A program made the position numbers and the translations under genes. DNA of 59,504 nt, the filler included. It is 3 parts of 3 records of this genome, joined end to end, with 100 filler letters (N's around TTAATTAATTAA, not from the genome) between each part and the next. Parts side by side here need not be neighbours in the genome. Positions count along the whole stretch, not along the records: positions 19,177 to 50,078 come from SRR2962707_3234; positions 50,179 to 59,504 come from SRR2962707_3238; 1 more part is not named here. One strand, 5' to 3'. This document shows positions 46,641 through 56,003 of the stretch, one piece after another (position 1 is the stretch's first letter; the number at the start of each line of letters is the position of its first letter). Below the pieces are notes generated by a model. That model was not told the origin of the DNA and searched no databases. It saw only the letters and a program-made list of their open reading frames with translations.

Positions 46641-48203
46641 TCACCGCTTCGGACCCGTTCTTGGGCGCGGGCGCGTCTCCAGCGTTTGGCCAGCCACTTT
46701 TGGTGCAGTTCCGGTGACGGCAACCCCGCGGGCTTTGAGTGTCTCTCCGATCAACCGCAAGCCAGCTTCCAGCTCCCGGCGCTCGATGCGTCGTGATGAG
46801 CTGATGGTGTTACCTTCGGCTTTTATCACCGCAATGGCCTTACGGTTGTTCTCCGATAGCTGTTTCAGATCGTCGGTATCACGTTTGTTTACCTCAGCAC
46901 GTAGAGTTGCCTGTACGTCTGGCTTATCCGATTCACACGCCCGGAAGGTTTCGTTGGATTGGGGGTGAGGCGCGGGCAGGGCATATTTAGGCGCATGTCC
47001 GGCGCTTTGCTGTAAACCCTCTTCCCAGGCCGACAGCATGCGGCCGCCGATCTCACGGAAGGCGGGCTTCTCGTTCATGTAGGTCTGGATCTCGCCGCGC
47101 GTTCTATCAACTGCCTCGGCAACCTGATCAATCAGTTCTCCGGCATGAGACGGGGTAAGATTAAGCCGCCGTCCCAGCGTCACCAGCTTGTCGCGATCGG
47201 GCCATTTTGTGCTGCCTTCGATGGTCAGGGCCATCTGATCGCGCGGGATATAGGCAGAAGTGGTGACCACATCATATACGGGCGCAAGTGTGGGCGCGTC
47301 ATCTACGGATGAATAGGTCAGGGCGAAATTCTTCAAATGAGCGTCGCCATTGCGCAAGATCGTATTGAGCGCGAGCAGCTTGAACAGCGCCGCGCCCTGC
47401 TCGCGAAACCGGCTTTCTCCAAGGAAGTCGTCAGCACGGCGAATGACGGCCGTTTCATAACTGCCACGATATTTGTCATCCGTGCCACGCCCGTTCAACA
47501 CCGCGAAATCTTCCATGCCAAGATAGTTGCCGTCCGGTGTGAGGTCGAATCGATCAAGCACCAGGGCCTCCCCACCTTCCGACAATTGAAAGTGGGGAAC
47601 GCGAAGCCCTGCATTCTGGGCTGCACGCAGGCAGAAATATTCATTTGCCGCCAGTTCTGGATACTCTTTGGGATCCCAGAGTTTGACGATATGGGTTGCG
47701 CCACGGAAGCTTTGTGACAGTCGGGTGCCAATATCGCTCATATTGTCACGGACAAGAACCTTGGGCTGAACACCGGATATACCGGAATGCGCCGTGAACC
47801 GCTCAAGCAGATCGTCAAACAGCGTTCCATCTCGACGGCTTTTCAGGATTTCATCGACAGATTGAAACGGCACGTCTTCGCTGAGCATGTCATCGGGTCC
47901 GGTGTACCGTAGCCGCCCCATCTGGGTGCGCCCGGCAACACTCAGAAGGTCGAAATCATCGAAATGCCCCAGTGCTTTGGCAAATTGCTGGCGCAAGCGT
48001 TCCCGAAGATAACCTTCTGGCAAGTTCATTTCGAAAACGGGCAGGAGATGATGATCGTCACGCCAGGCGTCCAACCGCACGGGCATGGTCAGCGAAACCG
48101 CACGCTCGGGATCTGCTCCAGGATCATAGGAGAATGTGCTGCCCCGCTGATTGCGGCGGTCGAGCAATCCGGCCAGATGGTTATCACTCCATATTTTGAT
48201 CAT
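46641..48203 (-). CDS. hipA: HipA family Ser/Thr kinase toxin with C-terminal extension
   Basis: VSLTMP, NLPEG, ISGVQPK, NGDAHLKNF, LAPVYD; about 120 extra aa after the kinase. Confidence 0.92.
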   Translation of the reverse strand: MIKIWSDNHLAGLLDRRNQRGSTFSYDPGADPERAVSLTMPVRLDAWRDDHHLLPVFEMNLPEGYLRERLRQQFAKALGHFDDFDLLSVAGRTQMGRLRYTGPDDMLSEDVPFQSVDEILKSRRDGTLFDDLLERFTAHSGISGVQPKVLVRDNMSDIGTRLSQSFRGATHIVKLWDPKEYPELAANEYFCLRAAQNAGLRVPHFQLSEGGEALVLDRFDLTPDGNYLGMEDFAVLNGRGTDDKYRGSYETAVIRRADDFLGESRFREQGAALFKLLALNTILRNGDAHLKNFALTYSSVDDAPTLAPVYDVVTTSAYIPRDQMALTIEGSTKWPDRDKLVTLGRRLNLTPSHAGELIDQVAEAVDRTRGEIQTYMNEKPAFREIGGRMLSAWEEGLQQSAGHAPKYALPAPHPQSNETFRACESDKPDVQATLRAEVNKRDTDDLKQLSENNRKAIAVIKAEGNTISSSRRIERRELEAGLRLIGETLKARGVAVTGTAPKVAGQTLETRPRPRTGPKR

Positions 48204-48438
48204 TTCTCAAATCTTCCAGGGTTGGGCGCCGTGATTTAGCCGGCGCGATCGCCAGAGTGTGTCCAAGGGCCGCAAGCAGGGCGCAAATCTTGCCAAAACC
48301 AAGCTCGGGCAGTTTCCCGGTTTCCAGAGCAATCAGTATGGAGCGCGATATCCGGGCTTTTGCAGCAAGGTCCACCTGACGCATGCCTTGCTGTTTTCGC
48401 TGTTTGCGTATTTCTGCACCGATCTGAAAGATATCCAT
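48184..48438 (-). CDS. hipB: HipB-like XRE antitoxin
   Basis: IGAEIRKQRKQQGMRQVDLA..ARISRSILIALETG...RPTLEDL; overlaps the hipA start. Confidence 0.85.
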   Translation of the reverse strand: MDIFQIGAEIRKQRKQQGMRQVDLAAKARISRSILIALETGKLPELGFGKICALLAALGHTLAIAPAKSRRPTLEDLRNDQNME

Positions 48439-48630
48439 GACCTGCTCCAATGTCCAATATATACGACATAATGGCAAACAATAGCCAGAATGTACAGTAT
48501 AATAAACATTTGACGATTATTTCTGAACTGTGCGGATTGATCGCGAAAGAAACGCACTTTAATCGCCTTGACATAATAAAAAGCACCTAAGAATATAGAA
48601 GCACATCTATATACATAAGGACGTTGTCGT

Positions 48631-49722
48631 ATGAAATCTGTTCGTGTGCCATTGCAGCTTGATCCCGATGAGCTCAAAAAGCTCGACGAAATTTGCTTGG
48701 CGATCAACGCCAGCAGGAACCAGGCCATTCGCATGATGATACGGCGTGAAGCGATAGAGCCTAGGCTCGTGACTACGAGCGACAGAGCAGGGTATCGTCA
48801 CGTAATTGGTAAATACGGCAAAGCCGTCGAACTTGACGTGCCTGATGGTCGCAAGCTTCATTTCTACGTCTACCCTTACCGGTCCAATTGCTGTGTTTTG
48901 TTACTTGATCCAGAAACGCACAGCTCGGTACCGCGAGAAGAAATCGCCGGAAAATCCGCTCTGCTCGATCGTATCCTCGACCTGCAATGGTCTGAATATG
49001 ACTGGAACACACCGGAATTTATCGAAGTCTGCAGACTTGTCGCCCTTGACCCGCAAGACAGGCAACCGCGGTATGTTCCTCAATTCGAGTGGATCGCGAC
49101 TGGTCTGGTCAATCGTCAGAAGAAATTCCCTTCCACCTCGTCCCATCATGAGCTTATCCTCGATTTGCTTGATGTTTTGCGGACCGATATCCAGCCCGAC
49201 TTGGATATTCTTGATCGAGCGCACAACAGATTTGAGACCTTATCTGACAAGGAAAAGGCCGAAATCTATATCGAAGCGCTTGAGGCGGGAGACAGCCGAA
49301 AACTGAAGTCGCGGACCACCTCTAAAACAGTATTTACCTTTTTACCGTCCTGGTCTCGCATCGTTGGTTTGACAAGTGTTGCTCTTTGGGATGCGCCAGA
49401 GGATCGATGCGATGAGGATGGGTGGTGTGCCGCGCATAACACTGACCTTGAGGGTGTAGCGGTTGTGCCTGCAGGAAAGCTGAGCAGAATTCAGGAGATT
49501 GTCGTTGATCGGCTTAAACGACAGGGTGTCGTCATGGTCTCTCAGGACGAGATCGATGGCTATCTTCAGGGCGAGGGCGCTTACTGGTACTGGCGCAATG
49601 GGACGAAGGGTTTCCTCCCGCACAGCGTCGACAAACCATCTGCCACAGATATCATTAAATGGCATTTTAAGAAGCCTGAAACCCCGTTATACGATGCTTG
49701 GAGGAGACGGCGGGGCGTTTAA
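48631..49722 (+). CDS. CopG/RHH-fused hypothetical protein
   Basis: N-terminal VRVPLQLDPDELKKLDEIC...SRNQAIRMMI RHH; remaining ~310 aa unrecognised. Confidence 0.7.
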   Translation: MKSVRVPLQLDPDELKKLDEICLAINASRNQAIRMMIRREAIEPRLVTTSDRAGYRHVIGKYGKAVELDVPDGRKLHFYVYPYRSNCCVLLLDPETHSSVPREEIAGKSALLDRILDLQWSEYDWNTPEFIEVCRLVALDPQDRQPRYVPQFEWIATGLVNRQKKFPSTSSHHELILDLLDVLRTDIQPDLDILDRAHNRFETLSDKEKAEIYIEALEAGDSRKLKSRTTSKTVFTFLPSWSRIVGLTSVALWDAPEDRCDEDGWCAAHNTDLEGVAVVPAGKLSRIQEIVVDRLKRQGVVMVSQDEIDGYLQGEGAYWYWRNGTKGFLPHSVDKPSATDIIKWHFKKPETPLYDAWRRRRGV

Positions 49723-50078
49723 TATCTTGTTTGTGGGGGGGGATATTCCCTCTCACAGCAACGGTAACTGCTCATCTTCCGTCAAACATGCGGTTCTGTG
49801 CGAATCTTTTGCCTGCTGGTAACCATGAACCGAGCACCTGCTCGTCTCTCCTTCACACTTGAGACTGGGGCCATCAAAACAGCAAGGCCATGGCCATGGC
49901 CATGACGAATACGATGAAGAGGAGCTGGAAGGGATAGAATTTGATCCAGTGCTTCAGCCCGGTCCATATGGGGCGCGCTATAAAGGCGTTTCTATGTGCA
50001 TAGAGCTCTTGTATCTCCGACTTCTGAGAGCGGAGCGTCCGTTCGTTCGTAAGCGTCTTTTCACGGCTACCTTGCGAA

Positions 50079-50178
50079 NNNNNNNNNNNNNNNNNNNNNN
50101 NNNNNNNNNNNNNNNNNNNNNNTTAATTAATTAANNNNNNNNNNNNNNNNNNNNNNNNNNNNNNNNNNNNNNNNNNNN
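50079..50178. other. artificial contig spacer
   Basis: N44-TTAATTAATTAA-N44. Confidence 0.98.
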
Positions 50179-50180
50179 TG

Positions 50181-50873
50181 ATCGGCGCGCCTCCGGGCTA
50201 TGTCGGTTTTGATCAGGGCGGCCAACTGACCGATGGCGTCGATCAGCATCCACATTGCGTGCTGCTGCTGGACGAAATGGAAAAGGCGCACCCGGACGTT
50301 TACAACATCCTGCTGCAGGTCATGGACCACGGCTCGCTCACCGATCACAATGGTCGCACGGTTGATTTCCGCAATGTGATCCTGATCATGACCTCGAACG
50401 CCGGGGCCATCGAACAGTCGCAGGCGGCTATCGGTTTCGGCCGCGATCGTCGCGAAGGTGAAGACACCGCCGCGATCGAACGCACCTTCACGCCGGAATT
50501 CCGCAACCGTCTTGACGCTGTGATCAGCTTTAGACCGCTGCCGAAAACAACGATCCTGCGCGTGGTGGAAAAATTCGTCCTCCAGCTCGAAGCACAGCTG
50601 ATGGATCGCAACGTCACCATCGAACTGACCGATCAGGCCGCCGCATGGCTCGCCGACAAAGGCTATGACGACAAAATGGGCGCCCGTCCCCTGGGCCGCG
50701 TGATCCAGGAATACATCAAGAAACCGCTCGCCGAGGAACTTCTTTTCGGCAAGTTGACGAAGGGTGGCGTGGTCAAGGTCGTGGTCCGCGACGGCAAGAT
50801 CGAACTCGATCTGGAAGGACCGCAAAAGCCACGCATGACGGGGGACAAGCCGCCGCTTCTCACGGCTGAATAG
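50181..50873 (+). CDS. clpA: ATP-dependent Clp protease ATP-binding subunit ClpA, 3' part
   Basis: IGAPPGYVGFDQGGQLT, LLLDEMEKAHPD, FTPEFRNRLD, MGARPL; truncated by the contig start. Confidence 0.93.
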   Translation: MGAPPGYVGFDQGGQLTDGVDQHPHCVLLLDEMEKAHPDVYNILLQVMDHGSLTDHNGRTVDFRNVILIMTSNAGAIEQSQAAIGFGRDRREGEDTAAIERTFTPEFRNRLDAVISFRPLPKTTILRVVEKFVLQLEAQLMDRNVTIELTDQAAAWLADKGYDDKMGARPLGRVIQEYIKKPLAEELLFGKLTKGGVVKVVVRDGKIELDLEGPQKPRMTGDKPPLLTAE

Positions 50874-50902
50874 CATCTGTTTGCACACAGGCGCCCCGTC
50901 AT

Positions 50903-50935
50903 AACCCCCCGCTGCGCCCACCGCGGCGGGGGGTT
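50903..50935. terminator. hairpin after clpA
   Basis: AACCCCCCGCTGCG / CGCGGCGGGGGGTT stem. Confidence 0.55.
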
Positions 50936-51084
50936 CATCTTATTCCCCCTCGACACCCAGGCCCGGTGAGACAGGGCGCCCGCCAAACCCACAGGCGCGG
51001 CCCTGCCGAACCACAACGGTGCGCCATCTCTTTTCAGATACGTAAATTAGGCCCGTGCCACCCCGTTTATTTGGGATTACGGCG

Positions 51085-53043
51085 CTACTTTTCAGTGAAT
51101 TTCAACTCGATACGCCGGTTCTGCGCCCGTGCTTCGGGCGTGTCGGCAGGGTTCACCGGCTGATACTGACCAAACCCGTTTGCCGCCAACCGCGTCGGCG
51201 GAATGTCCAGGAAATCGATCATATACCGCACCACCGACAGCGCGCGCGCCTGGCTCAGCTCCCAGTTATCCGCAAAAGCGCCAAAGCCTGACAGCGGGAC
51301 GTCATCCGTGTGCCCATCAACCCGGATCACCCAGTCGATGCCATCGGGAATGGCGTCCGCGACGGATTTCAGGATCGCCGCCACCTTGGCAACTTCGCCC
51401 TCGCCCGCCTCTGACAACGTGGCCGACCCCACCGGGAACAGCACCTCAGAGGAAAAAACAAACCTGTCCCCTTCGATCCGCACACCGTCCTGATTGCCCA
51501 GCACATCGCGAAGTCGGCCAAAGAATTCCGACCGGTAGCGTTCCAGATCCTGCGTCTCTGCCTCCAGACGCTGGCGCTCGGCTTCCTCTAGCTGGCGGCG
51601 TTTGCGTTCCTCTGCGGCCACACGCGCCAGCGCAGTGTTCAGATCTGACCCAAGGTTTTGCAACTGTACCTGCGCCGAGGAATCGCTGTCGCGCGCCTCG
51701 TTCAGCAGGCCCTGAACCGATGACAATTGTTCGCGCAACGCCGCAACCTGCTGGTTGAGCAATTCTGTCTGCTTCTGCGCCTCGGTCGCGCGGGATGCCT
51801 CATTGCTCAACTCATCCTGCGCCGTCGACAACAGCGCCGCGCGAGTTTCGGCCTGCGTCAGCGCCTGTTCGGCCTGCGCTTCGGCGGCCCGTCGCGCAGC
51901 CAGCGCCGCAGTCAGTTGGCGGCGCACCTCTTCGGCGTCGCTCTCGACCGTCACCTTGGCCGCGAGCGCGGCGGCCAGCTGCTGTTCCAGCGATTGCGAC
52001 CCATTGTTTTCCTCGGCCAGCTGCGCCTGCGCGGTGGCAAGCTGCCGCCGCAGATCCGCCAATTCGTCGTCCCGCGCTTGCCCGGTGGTCTGCGCCGAAC
52101 GCAGGTCGCTTTCGCTCTGCTGGGCCTGCACCAGCGCCTCGGCCAGCGCATCTTCCAGCGTTGCAAGCTGCGCCGTACGATCCTCGTCCGCGACCAGCGC
52201 CGCCGCAAGCTGCGAATCAAGATCCTCTTCGGCCTTGCGCGCCGCTGACAGCAGGGTCAGCGTCTCTTCCGCGCGGGATCTTTGCTGCTCAAGCGACAGT
52301 GTCATTGCCGTCAGTTCGGCGTCGGACTCCTCAAGCCGCTGGCGCAGCACTGCCGCCGCCTCGGATTCGGCCAACCGCTGTGCCTCTTCTTCGCTCAGCG
52401 CCGTGCTCAGATCACTCACCCGTTCGGTCAGCGCGCCCACTTGCGTTGCCGCGTCAGCGTTCTTTGCCCGCAAATCGGCGATCAATGCATCCAGCGCCTC
52501 GCGCCGGGCCGCAGCCAGCCGCGCCACCTCGGTCTGGGCATCAACCTCGTTTCGGGCCGTGGCCAGCGCCAGATCCAGCGCCGCCTTTTCGTCCGTCAGC
52601 GTACTTTGGGCCTGTTCCAGATCCGCCACCTGCGCCTGTGCCTGCCTCTGGTCGGCCAGCAACCCCGCCACCTGCTCCTCAAACGTTGCGATGCGCGCCC
52701 CGGAATCGGTCAATTCTGCTGCTTGCCGGTCACGCGTGGCAGTCAGCGTTGAAATCAGCGAATCCTGCTCGGCCAGCCGCGTTTCGCGTGCATCCAGCGT
52801 GGCGGTCAGCGCGGCGTTCTGGCGTTTTTCCACGCCCAGCGCCTGCGCAATCGCCGACACCTCGCCCGACAGCGTGCTCAGTTCATTTTCCTGCCCGTTG
52901 ATCGTCTCGCGCAGGACGAACTGCACAACCATGAAAATGGTCAACACGAACATCAGAACAAGCAAAAGACCGGTCATCGCATCAACGAATCCCGGCCAGA
53001 TCGAGGCTTGGAAACGTGCACCGCTGCGCCGGGACAATCCCAT
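51085..53043 (-). CDS. MotB/OmpA-like peptidoglycan-binding protein with long coiled coil
   Basis: WPGFVDAM TM with conserved Asp, long Ala/Glu/Gln heptad region, DGHTD..NWELSQARA..NRRIE OmpA-like domain. Confidence 0.9.
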   Translation of the reverse strand: MGLSRRSGARFQASIWPGFVDAMTGLLLVLMFVLTIFMVVQFVLRETINGQENELSTLSGEVSAIAQALGVEKRQNAALTATLDARETRLAEQDSLISTLTATRDRQAAELTDSGARIATFEEQVAGLLADQRQAQAQVADLEQAQSTLTDEKAALDLALATARNEVDAQTEVARLAAARREALDALIADLRAKNADAATQVGALTERVSDLSTALSEEEAQRLAESEAAAVLRQRLEESDAELTAMTLSLEQQRSRAEETLTLLSAARKAEEDLDSQLAAALVADEDRTAQLATLEDALAEALVQAQQSESDLRSAQTTGQARDDELADLRRQLATAQAQLAEENNGSQSLEQQLAAALAAKVTVESDAEEVRRQLTAALAARRAAEAQAEQALTQAETRAALLSTAQDELSNEASRATEAQKQTELLNQQVAALREQLSSVQGLLNEARDSDSSAQVQLQNLGSDLNTALARVAAEERKRRQLEEAERQRLEAETQDLERYRSEFFGRLRDVLGNQDGVRIEGDRFVFSSEVLFPVGSATLSEAGEGEVAKVAAILKSVADAIPDGIDWVIRVDGHTDDVPLSGFGAFADNWELSQARALSVVRYMIDFLDIPPTRLAANGFGQYQPVNPADTPEARAQNRRIELKFTEK

Positions 53044-53046
53044 GGC

Positions 53047-54255
53047 TTAACTCTCCTGCCCCGGCTTGATCACGCGCCGCGTCGGGACGGGACTGGCGGG
53101 CGCGTTCGTCTGCCGACCCATCTGCGCCAATACCCGGCTCAGTGCGGAAATATCGGTGCGCAGCTCGGCCATGCTTTCCTGCCGCCCCGCGCTGATTTCT
53201 TCGAGGATGCGCAGCATCTGCACGTCGATCGACCGCAGTCGCATCCGGCTTTCGGCATCCAACCCTTCAGAGGATTCCTTGCGCGACAGCACGTCGATCA
53301 GGCGTTCCTGCCCGTCCGCGATCCGCGCCAGCGCATTGGACGACGGCGCCGTCGCCTCCAACCGCTCGGTCATCCGCTCAACCGCGTCAGCCAGCTGCCC
53401 CAGCCGCCCATCGACTTCGGCGCGGCCCTCTTCGGACCGGGCAAAAATACCCTGCAGCGTTTCCATCTGGTCCGCCATCGCGTCCAGCGCAATCGCCGCA
53501 CCACCCATTTCGCCGGTGCTGTCACCATCGGCAAAGCCGAGCCGGGTGATCGAACTCAGCCATTCCTCAAGCTCTCGATAGAAACGGTTCTGACCGTGAC
53601 CCGCGAACAGCTCCAGCAGGCCCACAATCAGCGATCCCGCCAGACCCAGCAAGGAAGAGGCAAAAGCCACGCCCATCCCGCCCAGCTGGTCCTGCAAACC
53701 CTCCATCAGGCGCGAAAATACTTCGACGCCGGATTCGCCTTCTTTCGGGACCAGCGATTTGATCGTTTCAACCAGCGCCGGTACCGTGGTGGCAAGGCCA
53801 TAGAATGTGCCCAGAAGGCCCAAAAAGATCAGCAGGCTGACGATATACCGGGTGATCTCGCGTTCTTCGTCGATGCGCTGCGCCACGGATTCAAGGATCG
53901 ACCGGGTAGATGTGGTGGCAATCTGCATCCGTTTGCCACGCGTGCGCAGCAGTGTCGCGAGCGGCGCAAGCATCTGTGGCGCCTTGGCGCCTTTTTCCTG
54001 TCCCAAGGCAAAACTCTCGATCCAGCGGACCGAGATGATCAGCTGCGCCACCTGCCAGAAACAGGCGATCACGCCGATCAGAAAGACAAGAAAGATGAAC
54101 CCGTTGAGGTATGGATTGGATTCAAAGATCGGCAATACACGTGGCAGCGCCATCATGCCGCCAACGGCCGACAGTACCAGCACGACGATCATCAGAACAA
54201 TCTGACGCACCGGCTGGGAAAAATGGGGATCGACTGTAAGGTCCGGCTTGTCCAT
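53047..54255 (-). CDS. MotA/TolQ/ExbB-like membrane protein
   Basis: LIFLGLLGTFYGL and GMGVAFASSLLGL helices; start MDKPD at 54255 after AGGAG. Confidence 0.88.
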   Translation of the reverse strand: MDKPDLTVDPHFSQPVRQIVLMIVVLVLSAVGGMMALPRVLPIFESNPYLNGFIFLVFLIGVIACFWQVAQLIISVRWIESFALGQEKGAKAPQMLAPLATLLRTRGKRMQIATTSTRSILESVAQRIDEEREITRYIVSLLIFLGLLGTFYGLATTVPALVETIKSLVPKEGESGVEVFSRLMEGLQDQLGGMGVAFASSLLGLAGSLIVGLLELFAGHGQNRFYRELEEWLSSITRLGFADGDSTGEMGGAAIALDAMADQMETLQGIFARSEEGRAEVDGRLGQLADAVERMTERLEATAPSSNALARIADGQERLIDVLSRKESSEGLDAESRMRLRSIDVQMLRILEEISAGRQESMAELRTDISALSRVLAQMGRQTNAPASPVPTRRVIKPGQES

Positions 54256-54332
54256 GCGGACCGCTCCTGACGCTGGAATTGCTAGGGTTTTCATGGCGGA
54301 CCCTATGACCTATCCCCAGCCAAGCCAAGCCG

Positions 54333-54866
54333 TTAAGCGTTGATCGCCTGCACGCGGTCGCTCAACCATTGCAGTTCTGCATCGGGAATGCCCAGCTCGG
54401 CCAGATGCCGGGCCGTGTTGAACAGATATTCAGCATTCGGCCCCCGCCCGCCCACCGCTTGGGCGATGATCTGGGCCTGCTCTTCCAGTGGCAGACCGCC
54501 ACAATACTGCACATGCGCGGCGTCGATGACATATGTCACCGCCTGCACCGTGCGCCCGTCCCGCAGACGCACCTGCAATTCCTTTTCCAGGTAGGCCGAT
54601 GAAATCAGCTCTCGGTCGCGCAGATAGGTCAGTGTCGCCTCTTCCTGTCCATCCGCCACCCGCAGGGCCAGACCGTCACAGACGGATTCGGCGTGTTCGT
54701 CCAGCGCCAGAACCAGCCCGGGGTCGGTGTCCGTGCCCCGGTGGTGGATCGAACGCATGCAAAAACTGCGCGCATACCCCGGCAACGACGCAGCCGCCCG
54801 TTCGGCCACTGCGAACCCCGGGTTCCACAACAGCGATCCATATCCGAAAACCCACATCACCATCAT
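54333..54866 (-). CDS. chaC: gamma-glutamylcyclotransferase (ChaC family)
   Basis: WVFGYGSLLW, HRGT..PGLVLAL, GPNAEYL. Confidence 0.9.
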   Translation of the reverse strand: MMVMWVFGYGSLLWNPGFAVAERAAASLPGYARSFCMRSIHHRGTDTDPGLVLALDEHAESVCDGLALRVADGQEEATLTYLRDRELISSAYLEKELQVRLRDGRTVQAVTYVIDAAHVQYCGGLPLEEQAQIIAQAVGGRGPNAEYLFNTARHLAELGIPDAELQWLSDRVQAINA

Positions 54867-54931
54867 TCTGGCCCTTCTCTGACGGGCGCTGTAAACACCA
54901 ATCGACAGGTTTCCGAAAGGGGTGCGGCACC

Positions 54932-55891
54932 ATGAAACGGCTACTCTTTGCGATCATTCTGGCCGGGGCCGCATGGGCAGGCCACTGGTTCTGGTCCGCG
55001 CATCAGTTGCGCCAGCAGACCACAGCGTGGTTCGACGCCCGCCGCACCGCCGGCTGGGACGCGCAGTACAGCGATCTTACCATCCTTGGCTTTCCCAACC
55101 GGCTGGACGCCACATTCAGCGATATCACCCTGGCCGATCCCACCACCGGGATCAGCTGGCAGGCCCCGTTCGTGCAGGTGTTCCGGCTTGCCTACAACCC
55201 GGACCACCTGATCCTGGTCTGGCCGCAGGATCAGACCCTGACCACCCCCGTCGGCACCACACAGATCAGCGACACAGGTCTGCGCGCCAGCCTGGTGCAG
55301 GACGGCGACACCCTGCTGCGCAGCAATCTGGAATCCGAAACACTTTCCCTGAACGGGCCCTGGGGCAGCCTTGCGCTGGCGGGCCTGACCGGTGCCCTCA
55401 CCCATATCGACGGCCCGGCCTATCGCCTTGCGTTAAACGCAACCGGGGTCGCGGACAACGCGGCGGCCCTTGACGTGGGCACCGACAGCGGTCTGCGCGT
55501 TGATGCGACCCTGACCTTTGACCAACCTATCCCAATGACCTTCCTCTCTGGCCCACGCCCGCGCCCCGTACAGATCGCCCTGCGGCTTGCCGAATACCGG
55601 CTCGGGGCACAGTCCCTGAAACTCTCTGGTGATCTTGCGCTTGACGCACAGGGCCGCGCCACCGGCGACCTGTCACTTCAGGCGACCGACTGGCAGGCGA
55701 TTCTGGCGCTGGCCCGCGCCGCGGGCAACCTGCCCCCCGCGCTGGTCGCGCCGCTGGAACAGGCCCTGACCCTGACCAGCGGCCTCAACGGCTCTGGCGC
55801 GGCACGCGACCTCACCCTGCGGGTGCGCAATGGCGCGGTGTCGCTGGGCCTGATCCCGCTGGGGCGGATCGCACCGCTGTACCTGCCCTGA
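54932..55891 (+). CDS. DUF2125 domain protein
   Basis: N-terminal TM, GFPNRLD motif, C-terminal LGLIPLGRIAP. Confidence 0.8.
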   Translation: MKRLLFAIILAGAAWAGHWFWSAHQLRQQTTAWFDARRTAGWDAQYSDLTILGFPNRLDATFSDITLADPTTGISWQAPFVQVFRLAYNPDHLILVWPQDQTLTTPVGTTQISDTGLRASLVQDGDTLLRSNLESETLSLNGPWGSLALAGLTGALTHIDGPAYRLALNATGVADNAAALDVGTDSGLRVDATLTFDQPIPMTFLSGPRPRPVQIALRLAEYRLGAQSLKLSGDLALDAQGRATGDLSLQATDWQAILALARAAGNLPPALVAPLEQALTLTSGLNGSGAARDLTLRVRNGAVSLGLIPLGRIAPLYLP

Positions 55892-56003
55892 TCCTTTTGT
55901 AAGCGCGCCAACAAAAACCTGCCCTCGTACGCGCCCCAGCTGCCAATCTGCCTTGCGCCGGTCGGCAGCACAGGAAAGAGTTTCCTGAAAAAAGGAACCC
56001 GCC

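Larger units (their letters stand above)
19177..50078. mobile_element. alphaproteobacterial mobilizable plasmid (or plasmid fragment) with RPA-type replicon
   Basis: Replicase with iterons, parA/RHH, oriT/mobC/relaxase, TA modules, dif-like site; no housekeeping genes and no integrase; no terminal overlap seen, so circularity is not shown. Confidence 0.88.

Noticed and set aside
19048-50078. Reading contig 2 as a genomic island integrated at the tRNA
   Set aside because: The junction is an artificial spacer, there is no integrase and no second att copy at the far end, and contigs 1 and 3 differ in GC and may come from different organisms.
49859-50078. ORF with GHGHGH and GGCCAT repeats at the contig end
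   Set aside because: Weak start, runs into the linker, no family signal.
51085-54255. Zorya (ZorAB) defence system
   Set aside because: No zorC/D/E neighbours, the long coiled coil is in the MotB-like subunit, and the context is housekeeping (clpA, chaC).
51755-54270. Long plus-strand ORFs (431, 368 and 420 aa)
   Set aside because: Antisense shadows of GC-rich real genes on the minus strand.
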